A DNA stretch of 64,000 nt from Marsupella aquatica (GCA_973895155.1 OZ316894.1:14275680-14339679); one strand, 5' to 3'; positions 1 to 12,864 are shown, counted from the first letter of the stretch. Made by a program: numbers and translations. The notes: generated by a model from the letters alone, not told the origin.

Positions 1-1224
1 CTCATATATACTTCTGGAGACTTGCCACCCCCGTACCTACTCTGTGCCCCAAATTTTAACCCCCACCTAGATCCCAACCCACGTTTGGGCATGCCATCGT
101 TTGCTATGCCCATAACTTTCTAGTTAGGTGTCCGTAGGTAGAGTGCCTTAGCCCGTTGTGATGGGGCCAACCCATTGCTCATGCCTATGTCCTCAGAACC
201 CATCATCGCTTGGGATGCCCGAGCGGCCAAACCTGGGTCGGGCCGTATCTCGTGCCCCAAGCGTCCGTTGCACATGAAATAAACTCCATTAACCTTGGGC
301 CTAAGAGGAGCTCTCACTCAAGCCCTCAACACTCAAAGTTTATCCTGGGTCCGGACGGTTGACCTTGAGTCCGACCCTTTTCCATGACCTGACCAGCCCT
401 CAGATAGTCTAAGTCCTTATTGTGCATCACCAGCTTAGCGCTTTGCCTTTGCCAGTGCAATGCCCAATTGCCCACAAGAGTTGTGGAACTCGACTGCCTT
501 AGCTCCAGCATTGCTGACTTCAACACCAAGCTCCCTTATGGTCCAGGCCCGGATAGGCCATCCGAGGAGGACTTAGCATAGGGAGACTTGTGGGCAATGG
601 GGCGTGGAACTAGCAAAGGCAAGCCGCTAAATTGGTGACACACACTAAGGACTTAGACTAGCTGAGGGCTGGTTGGGTCAAGGTGAAAGAGGCCAGGCTC
701 AAGGTCAACCATCCGGACCCCCGGACGGACTTTGAGTGTTGAGGGCTTGAGTGATGGCTCCTCTTGGGCCCAAGGTTAATGGAGTTTATTTCATGTGCAA
801 CGGATGCTTGGGGCACGAGATACGACCCAACCCAGGTTTGGCCGCTCAAGCATCCCAAGCGACAATGGGTTTTGAGGACATAGGCATGAGCACTAGGTTG
901 GCCCAATCACAAGGCCAATGGAGTTGACTTCATGGGCAACTGACACTTGGGGTGTGAGTTATGGCCCAATCTGGGTTTGGCCGATCGAAGGGCCCAAGCG
1001 GCAATGAGATCTCAGGGCCTAAGCATGAGCACTAGGTTGGTCTGATCACAACGGGCTAAGGCACTCCACTTGCAGACGCCTAACTAGAAAGTTATGGGCA
1101 TTGCGAGTTCGTGGTGCGCCCAGACATGCGGGTTGGGGTCCAGGTGGGGGGCCAAAATTTGAGGACCAAAGTTTGGGGACAAAAGTTGGTCCAGGGGTGG
1201 CAAGTCTCCAAATGCATATATGAG
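1..1224. repeat. Long imperfect inverted repeat (arms ~1-478 and ~586-1224, right arm with ~140-bp extra segment), probably in the LTR/5' leader of the first Gypsy
   Basis: Segments pair as reverse complements. Examples: ctcatata at 1 with tatatgag at 1217-1224; cacatgaaataaactccattaaccttgggc (271-300) with gcccaaggttaatggagtttatttcatgtg (~768-797); tagtctaagtcctta (~405) with taaggacttagacta (~646). Confidence 0.85.
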
Positions 1225-2917
1225 GGGAGTGGTGTCTCCCTGGGGGCTAAGGGCGAGCCAAAGTCGTGAAACGCGACGATCGCAACACTAAGGGAAAATG
1301 TCAAACGAAAACGGTGATAACCTCCCAATGGGAGGTCTGTTGGGGGAATTTTGGGGTGCGTTGGAAATCTCTTGAGGATCTCAGTTGGGTCTGGGGATGT
1401 CATAGGTTCTCAAGGTTTGCGGGGGCTATCTTGCCCGCTTGCCAAATCCTATCGAAACAGCAGCCAAGTCGCGTTCAATCTCTCAAGAGAGCTTGCATTG
1501 GAGAGGCAAAGCCAAGTAGGCATGGAGGTTGAGTTCCAAGGGCACTTGGCCCCTAGACCATCAATGGGGCGAGAAATAAGAGTTGGTTGCTAGAGTCGGG
1601 GCCACTCTGGTTCCGACGTGTTGGGACAAGCTTGGGACAAGCTTAGGACAAGCTTTAGGACAAGCTACGCTACTTGGGCCATGAGCATGTCTTGGGGCAG
1701 GGTGGTCAGTTGGTGATGGATAGGTACAAGGGCAAACCTGGGCTGCACCCAAGGCAGGAGCTGTTCTGGACAAACAGTGGGTGTTGGTTCTGGTTCCGAC
1801 TTATGGACCTATTGTTGACCTACTTACCAATATCTGTTGAGCTTGAGTTAGGATGCTAGACTTGGGAGATTTAGATCCTGAGGGGTTACTTACCAAGACG
1901 TCTTACCAAGACACTTGGTTGCTTGTGCAGACAATGAGGATCGCTGAGTAGGGGTTGTGTTAAAGAGCGAGTGCAGTTTTGTATGGGAGGGGCCGTCGGA
2001 GGTGCAAGAGGCATCAAGTTGCTTGCTTGAGGTATTCCGTGGAGGCGTTTGGGCACCAGGGGCACTTAGGCGTGGGTGCTGGGATTGGTGAGGGTGTTGG
2101 GTGGCAAGGTCCACCACTTGTGATATGAAAGCGATTGCTGGTATAGACACCGGGCCGAGGTTGTGCTAGGTCGAAATCCAAAAATCTTAACGGATTTTTG
2201 CAGGGACTTAGTGCTTCAACATGCTCGGCAGATTGACTACGGGCAGATTCAGTCGCTGGAGACATGGTGGAGAACACTCAATCAAAGAGTGACAAGAAGG
2301 CTCTTCCCGCCAAAGGAAGAGCACAGGTTCAAGAAGAACAGAAGGAAGACGGGTTGACTGTCCTAGACAAACGCTACAAGTAGGACAACAAGGACATGGT
2401 GGCCAAACCGTCGACCACCACAGAAAATACGTCAAGTGCGAAGCACCATCAACTAAAAAGGAAGGAGGTGACCAACCCTCCAAAGGACGAGTCAAGCAAT
2501 GGCAACACTGACTCAGATGAAAGCGACAACGATTCAAAGGCTGAATCGGAGGGAGAGGGTCAGGACCCAGAAGAGGGATTGATCCTAGCCTCAAGAGGGT
2601 TGGATGGCAAAACCAAAGGATGATGTTGAGCCAGATATCATTGTGGATAATTTGACCAAGCAGAACCAGGGCCATGCAAGTGATGCCACAGCCCCGGGAG
2701 GTCATGGTGCCCGCAAGTTGCGAGGAGTGTCACCAAAATCCACTAGAGAACCTAAGGACAGGTGGCCTGCAAAGGAAATGTGGTTGGAGGACCGTCCTCA
2801 TACAACCCGCAAGGGCCCAGTTGCTGACAACGGTTTGGGTGCATTGACCCAAGACCAACAATTCATTTATAAGCAGCTGGAACACAACAAGGGGCCCAGA
2901 TTAAGTACTTACTTAGT

Positions 2918-5900
2918 TTGGGTAGTCAAAGCATGACGCGTCCCGAGAGGGGAATGGTAGTTGGACGGAGTATGTTCCAAGTGAACCAACTATTGACTCC
3001 TCCAACTTACGACAGGGCCTATGAGCAAAGTGGACAAAAGTTCCTGAGTTGGCTCTCCATGATGGAGATTCATCTCCAAGCGTGCGTTGAGCGGTCCACT
3101 TGGGCTACAGCAAGCGCTCCTTACCTGAAGGACTATGCCTTGACTTGGTACAAGTCTTGGAAGAAGTCATGAGAGGACCCTGGAGAGGACTCCTCCTTGC
3201 CGTTAACTTGGGAAAACCTGGTTGAGGGTCTCCGTGCTCATGTCACCACTAAGTACCCAGAGCGACACGCGCAAAAATGTGTAACAAAAATGAGCTTCAG
3301 GGGTGATATCCAAAAGTTCATCACTTATTACTAGAACCAATTGGCGTGTATCCCGACGGGGCAGGAGACCCTACATACGCAGCTTCATAACTTATAGTGA
3401 AGCTCCCGCCGTTGCTCAGGGAAAAGTTACAGGAAAAGCGTCATGAGTTTAAAACGCTTTCTGACACCTTTGACAAGGCCACTACATTGGTGAATAATCG
3501 GTCAAACTTGGCAAAGGTGGGTGGCAAGGGATCCAAAGGGGAAACTGGGAAAGTAAAAGGTCTTGGGAACAAGCACAAGCAGCCTGAGGGGGCGGGGGCC
3601 AGTGGTTTGGATCCTCAGCCCCCAAATGGAGAAGCAAAGCGCAACCGAAAGACCAACAACTTTAAGAAATGACCTCATCAACGCAAAAAGCAAAGAAACA
3701 GGCGAGCTTGTGGAGCAGAGGCAGGATGAAGGTTTGTGCTACACGTGTGGCGCCATGGGCCATCAAAGTAAGGATTGCCCCACAAAAGGTGGCAAACCGA
3801 GCAGAGATGGGGGGCAGAAGGGGGTTAAGGTAAGTATCGCTCTAACCAAACCCTTAGTAGTTGACGAGGTCCTTGTAGGGGATGTTCCTGCCGGAGAGAA
3901 GGTGTTGTTCCGAGAGAAAGTACCTAAGGTTAAGACAATGGATCCTGACAAGCTGATTTTTGTGAATGTCACTTCCTAATGGTAATCTGGGTGTTGCTTT
4001 GGTGGATATAGGCGCGACCGCCTGCTTCATAAGTGGGCAGACGGCAACATGTGTTGGGGTGGACATGCAAGAGTTGCTACAACCATTAGTGTGCAAGTTT
4101 GCCAACAACACAAAAGGGATATAGTGTCAAGAGTGGTACATAGACTTTGAGTAGAGGTCAGATGCAAACAACAAAATTTTCTTAGTCAGGAGATGTTCTA
4201 CATTCTAGAAGGTTAGCAGTAGACTTTGCTTTGTTGGTAGGTTATCTCAGAAAGCACAATGTTACCTTGAAACCGAAGAATGAGGTGCTCAATTTTCTCG
4301 ATAAGGGTGGTAAGCCCATCGTTGTACACAAAATTACCAAAACTAAAGAAAATTTTCTCAAAGTAAGTAAAGTATCGTGGTTGTCTCCGTGTGTACAGGG
4401 AAGCAATGGTGGAAAGACTTCAAGGGTGGACATGAATGTTTCTTCTTTCATCTCCACCTAGTTAAGGAGGCTACTACACAGCCAAAGGTTAAGTCAGCTA
4501 AGGTCGGGCCCGACTACGGTCAAATTCCTGAAAGTTTAGAGGAATTCAATGATGTGTTCTCGCAAAAGCTACCTAAAGGTTTACCTCCGCGGAGGGAAGT
4601 GGATCACCACGTTGAGTTGGAGCCAGGTTTGGCTCCTTAGGCTAAAGCTCCTTATTGTCTGAACTTGAACAAACAAATGATGTTGAAGATTGTCTTGGAA
4701 GAGTTGATCGACCAATGGTTCATTTGTCCTAGTAAGAGTCCTTACGGGGCGTCCGTGCTGTTTGTGTCCAAAAAGGATGGTACTTTGAGATTGTGCGCAG
4801 ATTATCGAGCCCTCAATAAGCAAATAGTAAAGAACAAGTACCCGTTACCTCATATGGATGACCTCTTTGATTGCCTCTCCGGGGCTAAGAAGTCTTCAAA
4901 GATGGATTTGCAATCTAGATATACCTAGATCCGCATGGCTAAGGGAGACAAATATAAGACCATAATGGGCACAAGGTTAGGATCCTACAAATTTTTGGTT
5001 ATGCCGTTTGGGTTGTGTAATACAGCCGTGACGTTCATGAAAATGATGAATACCATCTTTCATGACTTGTTTGACCAAGGAGTGGTAGTCTTTATTGACG
5101 ACATCCTAATCTACTTGAAAATGTTGGAGGAACATGAGCATTGCTCAGGGAAGTATTCTCTTGCCTTTGTAAGGCTCGTCTCTTTGCTAAACCTAGCAAG
5201 TGCGAATGTGCGATGAACGAGATTTAGGTCCTTGGCCATAACTTTACCCCGGAGGGGATTACACCTAGTTTGGACAAGCTTAAAGAGATCAAAGAATGGG
5301 AACGCCGGTCCAATGTAAGGCAGGTTAGAGCCTTCTTAGGATTTATGGGGTTCTATCGGAGATACATGAAAGACTGTGCAAGGATTGAGAGGCCCCTAAA
5401 CGCGCTAACAATGAAAAACAAAGTGTTTTGTGTGGACACAGGATTGCGAGTTAGCATTCCTATAACTCAAGCAGCTAATGATAACGTCGTCAGTTCTAAA
5501 ATTACCTGAGATGGGGAAGCCGTTCAAGATTTGGACAAACGCAAGTGATTACGCCATTGGCGCCTGTCTTCACCAAGATGGGCGTCCTATGGCCTTTGAG
5601 TCATATAAGTTGGAAAATCATTGGATCACACCAAAAAGGGAATTGTATGCAGTGATCTACGTGTTGAAGAAGTGAGAGATTTACCTTAAGAACGGTCCCA
5701 AAGTGGTAATACACACAGATAGCTTGTCGGCAGGTACTTGAATAGTTCTATGCCTAGGCTGAACGCCCAAGGAAATGCGCTGGCAGATGTTCTTGGCGGA
5801 TTTTGATTTTGAAGTCTGTCACATTCCTGGGAAGACAAACACGACAGTTGATGCGTTATCGCGTAGGGACCATCATTGTGTCAATGGGATCACAATGGCA

Positions 5901-6744
5901 GATGTTCTTGGCGGATTTTGATTTTGAAGTCTGTCACGTTCCTGGGAAGACAAACATGACAGTTGATGCGTTATCGCATAGGGACCATCACTGTGTCAAT
6001 GGGATCACAATGCTTGAATCCGAGTGGCCAAAGGTTCTGGCCAAGGCGTATGGAGATGACAAGTTAGCCAAGGAATGGCAAAGCAATGGGGGTAGCCAAG
6101 GCAAGGTAAGGCACGTTTCATTGGGGTTGGATATTGCGCATAATGTCCAGTTATGGGGATACAAGTAAAGGCGTGTGTACATCCTAGAGTCTCTAAGACT
6201 GGAGGTTCTGCAAAAGTACCACGACTTGACCTGGGGAAGGCATGGCGGACAAGCTGCTGTGTATCGCAGCATGGCGGACAAGCTGCTACGTATTGCAGCA
6301 TGTTGCAAGATGTGTGTTGGCCGGACATGAAGGCATCAGTTTTTTGCCACGTGCAAAGTTTCATGCCAAAAGAATTGAACGGTCTATAGGGAAAAATGAG
6401 AACTTATGCAACCCTTACCAGTAGCCGTGGCTCCATGGGAGTCCATTTCCATGGACTTCATTGTGGGGTTATCTGAGTCCCACGGTAGTAACTCCATCTT
6501 AACAATCGTGGATCGTTTTTCCAAAATGATGTATTTCTTGCCGACTACAAAAATGGTTTTGGCCCGAGAGGTTGTCGGTCTAGTGTTTGACAATGTCTTT
6601 TGACAATGGGGATTGTTGTTGCATATCCTATCCAACCGCAATACCAAGTTCATGGGCCACTTCTAGAGGGCGTTGTTCCGGTTATCCGGAACAGACCTTA
6701 CTAGGGGATCAGCGTATCATCATGAGACTGATGGCCAAATAGAA
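2918..6744 (+). pseudogene. Gypsy-1 gag-pol remnant
   Basis: Gag (YLKDYALTWY), knuckle CYTCGAMGHQSKDCP, protease ALVDIGATACF (~4000), RT ([44 protein letters not shown]), RNase H (TNASDYAIGACL), integrase (PWESISMDFIVGL, IVDRFSKM, SAYHHETDGQIE). Many stops and frameshifts. Confidence 0.92.
5781..6010 (+). repeat. 115-bp direct tandem duplication at the end of Gypsy-1 RNase H
   Basis: tggcagatgttcttggcggattttg...gggatcacaa occurs at 5781-5895 and again at 5896-6010 with a few transitions. Confidence 0.95.
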
Positions 6745-7523
6745 GGGGTATTTACAAAAGACAGGAACCAGGAAACAGTAACAAGAAATAGTTACAACAG
6801 GAGAATTGGAGGTAAAAACCGAAAACATCAAACCAAAAAAAGGATTCCAAACAATCAAAATTAAAGCCCATTAAGTCATTTTCATTAAAACCGTCTCATT
6901 CCGGAGGAAATATCCCGTCGGGTAGTCCGACCCAAATTTGCGATGATTACCAGCGTTGGGCGCTGGTATCAATGAAACGAATGGAAAGGTTGCAGGGTTT
7001 CATAGAAGAAGAAAAGAGTCAACAAAAATCCGAGAAGACAATAGCGGCTGAAAATGAGGCAATTCAAATCAACAGAGGCAGGGTCATACAACAACAAAAT
7101 CCGGATGTCGTTGCTAGCTTAAACCTCAAAATCCCCAAATCCATGTTTAACGCCATCGAAAGGAAAACCAGACATTGGAGATTGAGTCGATCCAAAATTC
7201 ATTTACTTCAAAATGGGCGGAAACATATCACCGAGATTACATGGGCGATGGAAAGCAATGAGTATAAGTAGCGCCCGGTGCTAGCTTAGGTAACGCCATG
7301 GAGAGGAAAATGGGTCTATCCAAAAAGCATTTCCTATCAAAATGGGCAAAAACATATTACCCAGATTACCAAATCCTAACAAAACATTAAGTACTGAAAA
7401 ACGGAGATGGAAAGCATGCAGCTTTAGCAGCGCTCGGCGCTAGCTTAAATATCGCTGCCTAGAAACCTAATCGCCGTAGGGTTGCACTCCAAAATAACCT
7501 AAGCGCCTGCGATTGGAACACCT

Positions 7524-8105
7524 TTAGCTCTGTGATTGACAATCATCATCGACTCCCGCCCTTGCCCGCTTGTAGTTTTTCTTGAATCCTAAACCCCTGA
7601 GCCGAATATAATTGGAAGAGGGAACTCGATGCTCAACATGAGCTTGGCCGGGGCCCGGAAAATTTGCATCAAGGAAGTCAACGCGCCCCAATCGCTCTTG
7701 CACCCGACGTTCAATTGGCTGTTGACCATCAACAGGAACGACTTGATGTAACGAGAACTGATCGTCAAATTCGCGTGGAGTGTGTCGGTTACCAATCCAT
7801 GGAATATTTCTCTCCCAAGGAATAATCGCCTCGTCATAAGGAAGAGAATTATGGTTCTGGAAAGTTGATGTCTCGGTCTCAGTGTCGACACGAACTGATT
7901 TGAAGGAGCTGAAGTGGCTCTCCACCGGTCGAACTTGGGAAGGACTGAAGAAGGCAAGCATCTCGTCCAACAACATTGGTTCCTTCCTCTCCATGTGGTC
8001 GCACCAAGCTTGACAACGTCCACACGCAGGTCGAAAACATCCACACCTTGCCTTAAGGTCCGCACCCAGCTCGACAACGTTCGCACCTTGCCCCAACGTT
8101 CTCAC
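7524..8105 (-). CDS. Hypothetical small ORF X inside M1 (true start uncertain)
   Basis: Uninterrupted 193-codon ORF inside M1, downstream of gene A and preceded by three palindromes (8397-8565). No recognisable domain; no homologue in the other, truncated copies. Confidence 0.35.
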   Translation of the reverse strand: MRTLGQGANVVELGADLKARCGCFRPACGRCQAWCDHMERKEPMLLDEMLAFFSPSQVRPVESHFSSFKSVRVDTETETSTFQNHNSLPYDEAIIPWERNIPWIGNRHTPREFDDQFSLHQVVPVDGQQPIERRVQERLGRVDFLDANFPGPGQAHVEHRVPSSNYIRLRGLGFKKNYKRARAGVDDDCQSQS

Positions 8106-8590
8106 CTTGCCCTAATGTCTGCACCTTTATCGACAACGTCCGCACCTTTATCGACCTTGTGTCTCCAAAAGGTTGACATAGTGACTACCAAAGGACGGTG
8201 ATCGGTGGACACCCGTAACATCCGAGCTTCAACGGGCAGAGGACCGTTGAGTAAACAGTCAAATCGCGACACGATTATTTTGAAATAGTCTCAACTTAAT
8301 TCCGTAACGACAATATACGGATGGCGACAGGATGGCGACAGAACGTATGAACGATATTATGATGTAAAGGTTCGAGGAAAAACGTGCACATTTGGGGAGC
8401 GCCCGACGCTACTAAAGGAAGAGACCAATTTAAACCTTTTATATAAGAAATACATGTATCTCGATAACAGGGCCCGACGCTACTGAAGACAACAAGTGGT
8501 TTTTAGATTTTATTATGAGCATATGAAATGAAATACATGTCTTTTCATAACAGCGCCCGACGCTAGTAAAAGCTGGAAAAGAAAATTACA

Positions 8591-11500
8591 TCAATTATAG
8601 GTTTCTGATTGAGATTCCGATCGAGAGTTGTGTGATCTATTGGTAGAGACTGCTTCGTCATCAACATACTTGCTCTTAGAAACGTCGTCTACATACGGGT
8701 TTCTAACAAAATTTCTGTCAACTCCTCTTCGAAGGCGGAGACCTTTGTTTTCCCAGCAAAGAGTCCTTTGACTATCCTCCTTTCTCACAGCGTTCTCAGC
8801 GTAAGACGGCAAAACAAATGGTTTCTCCGGTGTATCCATTTCAAAACTTGCAACTTTTCTTCTGAGTTGGAAGTGCTTTTTGGTATTCCATTCGGACCTG
8901 GGTAGATAACCAAGTAAGACAACCGATTGAAACATATAATCAATAGCACAAAATGCATGAAGGAGCTGGAAAAGAGAAAGAAGCTTACAAGTTTCAAAAC
9001 ATTACTCGGAAGAGTCATCGCTACCACTCTCGCCAGCAGATTGCTCCTTACCCCCCCATGAGTTGTCCCCCCGTCCACTTCATCAGTTGTCCCCCCACTT
9101 GACTCATCATCAGAGTCAAAATTAAGTACAGACCGGAGCTTGTCCCTCTTTTTCTTTTCCGGTGGTTGAATTGGGGGAGGCAAGGTTTCTACTTCCTTAG
9201 AAGAGAGTAGATTTAAGAACACCTTGGAACCAGTTTCAACAAAATCCTTCTGATTCTCCAGTCCAATTACAAACCTCCCAGAATAGTCTCCGACTACAAA
9301 AGAGCTACCCGAACCAACTGTCCAATCTATGAAAATGTCCCGAGGCCGAGTGATGAGCTCTATCACAGACTGCATGAATCCAACCGACAAACGGGCATTC
9401 CCTGCGAATTCCATCTCAGGTGTTGGATCTATATTGAGAGTACGTGGGAAGCCCAATTAAATTAGTGATGAAGGGATCTTCTGTAACAGACAGAGGTCTA
9501 AACCTCAAGTCCTTGGGTACTTTCCCTTTCTGAGATACTCGGCAAAAGACGTCTAGCCTGAGCGTGAATATCTGCGAGATAAACCAAGAATGATATGTCA
9601 TTCCATGCATTCATACACATCCTTGAGTGTAAAAACAGAGATCACGACTTGGAATTTACCTGCCAGTCAGTCTTCGGCGCGTACATAGGAACTGACATAA
9701 CAACATTGTGTGTGGAGATGCAATGAAACTTCTTCGATTCCTGACATGCGGATATAACCTGAGACATAGGATCGTACTCCCCATTATGCAAAACTGCTAG
9801 CATTCCATCATCTGATAAAAATGGGTCCATTCCACGAAAGAATGATGTTGCCAGTGTGTGGTCGGGGGTATTCCATTTCGGCAATTTTCTGTCTAGCAGC
9901 GATGGTTTCAGACCCGTAGGAAGGTAAATGAATCCTGCGTGTACTCCAAACGATCTTTCCTTCCCCCCACGGACAATTCCCTTGTCTCGATATCCCGACT
10001 TCATGAGGTCCTTTGCCCATTTCTCTACACCATTTACCCAGTCAGGCTTCTCCTCTTTGTTGAACGTTGTGTCATAGAATTCTGAGATGCTAGACTCAAC
10101 CATGCAATGCCTTGAAAGAGTGTTTTTGAGGTCACCAACTTCTCGTTGAACACCCGTTGCAGCCACACTTTCCTGAGCGGAGGATGATCCACCTTCAATT
10201 GCCCTTTTTCGCCTCTTTCTAGTACTGATCGCATCTACTGGAGCAATTGACTTCCCTTTCTCAACAGGTGTAAGTGGGATCAGATGGAGGCCCTGTATTG
10301 GCTTCAGATGCCTCTGGGGTGGCATCTATCTTTGTATCGCCATTGCCGATGGTGTCTGACTTTCTCCCTGCTCAAATGGAAGGCGATGTTAGATTTTGAG
10401 CGCATGGGAAATGCAAAGTATACTAACGCTCGGCGCTGGCCAAACTTTCTCCAAGAGATGGAAGCAAATATATATATTTGTGGAACAAATGGGACAAATG
10501 CAATCTAACATATATTGAAAGGCATAGCAGCGCTAGGCGCTAACCAAAGAACTACAAATTATACTTACATTTTGTCCCGGACCTTGTTGATTCGCTTGGG
10601 ACAGCAGTATCAGCTTTCCCTTTCGCACGAGGCTTCCGGCTTCGGTCAACTTGAACAACTGTGGTCTCACAGTTCATTTGCAATTCTGTTGTGGACTTAT
10701 CTACATCGTCCACTAGTCCCTGCTTCATGTCAGAAACAACATTGACTGGTATCTGGGACTTAGAGAGCTTGTGGAAAGCATCCTTTTCTCGGTGATCAAA
10801 GGGCGAGTCCCATCTGTCTGTATCTAGGTACCATGGATAGTGGGTTCTCTCCCATTCACTTAAAGGTCTCGCTGGGAAAATTCCCTCCGCGGGGTACACA
10901 GAGTACAAATCAGATAAATTGTCACCTTTTGATATTACTGTCCACTTCTGAAAAGCGGCGGGATATGCCCAGAAGTAATCAGGTCTAGTTACTTCCATGT
11001 GGATGTAAAATCGATAGAGGTACCTTTTTGCTCGCTTCTGGTTCTTGAAAGAGTAGTCCTCTTTGTCCGAATACTTCGAAGGCCACATTGTATTAAAAAA
11101 CTTACCCTTCACCAAGTCTCCGTATCTCTTGAAATCATTAGTAACTATATCGATGAGAGCTTCAAAAGATTCACATGCCCAGGCTTGCAAGCGATTCTCG
11201 GGAATGATTTGTTGGACCTCTCTCAAAGCACACTGTAACATCCCCACTGCAATCCCCTCTACATTGTTCCACGTAATCCAGGTATGACACCACTGTTTTA
11301 CTGGATCATCATTGACGCTGTTTGGATGGAAGAATTGCCTTCGGAGCTCAGGATTGCAATGGGCGACAAGCAAAGTACTCCTGAGCTTGGGGTCGAGTGC
11401 GGAAACAGCAGTAAAAAGCTTGGCTCGGTCCATCATACACAAGACGGTATCAGGTTTCTTCTCTCGCTTATTTCTCTCCGTCACAGCATACATTTCAGCG

Positions 11501-12864
11501 CACGTAGACAGAAAGTCCTCAAATTTTGGACTTAACAAAGGAGTGATTTTTGATGTTTTCACTGCCCACTCCTTGGTGGCCTCCTTCATCATTACGGCAT
11601 GTGTTGTGGAAACCTCCTCGGCCGACCAAGGGATACCTAGGGCCGCAGCGGACTCCATGTCAAGCTTGAACTGGTTAGAATATGATTTAATCTTATTCTC
11701 ACATAGAATATAGACAAGAGAATCTTGAGGCATCTTTTTTGTGTACCAAGATCCTTTCCGCGTCTTCAACCTGATCTACTCAAACTTCTTATAATTCGTA
11801 GGGTCGATGAGCTTACTATAGTACTCCAAGTCGTGAATCAAAATCCTCTTGATTTGATTTGCGTCAAGGATCCATGACGGTTCGACCACGGCTTGTCCAA
11901 GCCTGAAGGAAAAGAAAGCAATTAGAAAAACATTTAAGCAGCGTCGGGCGCTCGTAAAACAATTCCTCTCCAAGATATGCTATAAAGAAGAACTTACTGG
12001 TTCATGGTGTGCATCGCTGCTTCAATTTCAATCAGGGAACCCTTGTCCCCATTGAAGATAGTACAGAGCACTCGCGGGTGGTATTTCAGGTTTTCTGGAT
12101 TCTCCTTATTGACAAGCGTCCAGGAGTACAACCGATGGTTCCCGTCAAAAACTGAGAACGCCTTATCCTTCAGAACGAGAAAATCGGGGTCTGCCGCACA
12201 TTCTTCCTCAAACTTTTTGTTTTCGGATATCCATATTGGATCCCAAGTATCACGAATTTCCTGTGTGCAAGTGAGCGTCACACCCTCAGCGTCCGCCGGC
12301 TGAACATAAAACCTCATTCCTATCGACGAATTGTATCCCATACTATGAAAAGAGTCTTTCAACTTGTCAATGGAGGAGCTATCTTTCTGCAAAGTGCAGA
12401 CGACCTCCATGTGCACCAACCGACACAGCGGAATCCTAGGAGGCTCTTTGTTAAACCCTCAGAAATCCTTCCCAAAGAACATGACATGTTTTGAAATAAG
12501 GTCGGTCTCAGAGAACGAGACATCTCCAAATAGCAAATGTGTCAACATTCTCAATCTTTTTTCGCGTCGGCTTCGGAAATGAATTACTTGAGACGGGAAC
12601 AAGCGATGTGCTTGACCTCGTCACTCGACGTGTATACACCAAACCTGAAAATGAAGACTCAGAAGACTTGCAATAGCCACGGTCACAATCCCCAACAACA
12701 CTATACCCCCTCGATGAGGAGGGGACTGCATCCATCGTCTCCCGCGACGAGTGTTGTACGAATGGTCGTACACTACAATTCTCACGATCGAGTACTGAAT
12801 CCCCGTACCAAATTAACGGTTGATGGAGTATTATACCCGATTGATCAGTGCTATCTCCCTCCAT
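8591..12864 (-). pseudogene. Gene A (M1): ParB/Srx-like N-terminal domain, central helical region, beta-class amino-DNA-methyltransferase-like domain, acidic/basic tail; spliced
   Basis: IPLCRLVH…LKDSF…GY…VFDGNHRLYSW (12132-12146); GFIYLPTGL (9912-9926); FLSDDGMLAVLH; VIELITRPRDIFIDWTVGSGSSF…GRFVIGLEN (9301-9327). GT-AG introns at about 11905-11997, 10370-10568 and 9572-9659, at the same positions in M2 and M4. Confidence 0.75.

Larger units (their letters stand above)
1..6744 (+). mobile_element. Decayed Ty3/Gypsy LTR retrotransposon (Gypsy-1); 5' boundary not visible; integrase interrupted by M1
   Basis: Domain order gag - CCHC knuckle - protease - RT - RNase H - integrase on the + strand. 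Confidence 0.9.

Noticed and set aside
120-2936. Short ORFs in the 5' region, and the many antisense/overlapping ORFs in the track
   Set aside because: No recognisable motifs. They are shadows of TE coding frames or of the inverted repeat, although 2163-2936 may be decayed gag N-terminus.
8591-12864. Bacterial or phage contamination, or a restriction-modification locus
   Set aside because: The gene has GT-AG introns conserved across copies and is nested with plant LTR retrotransposons, with clean TSDs.
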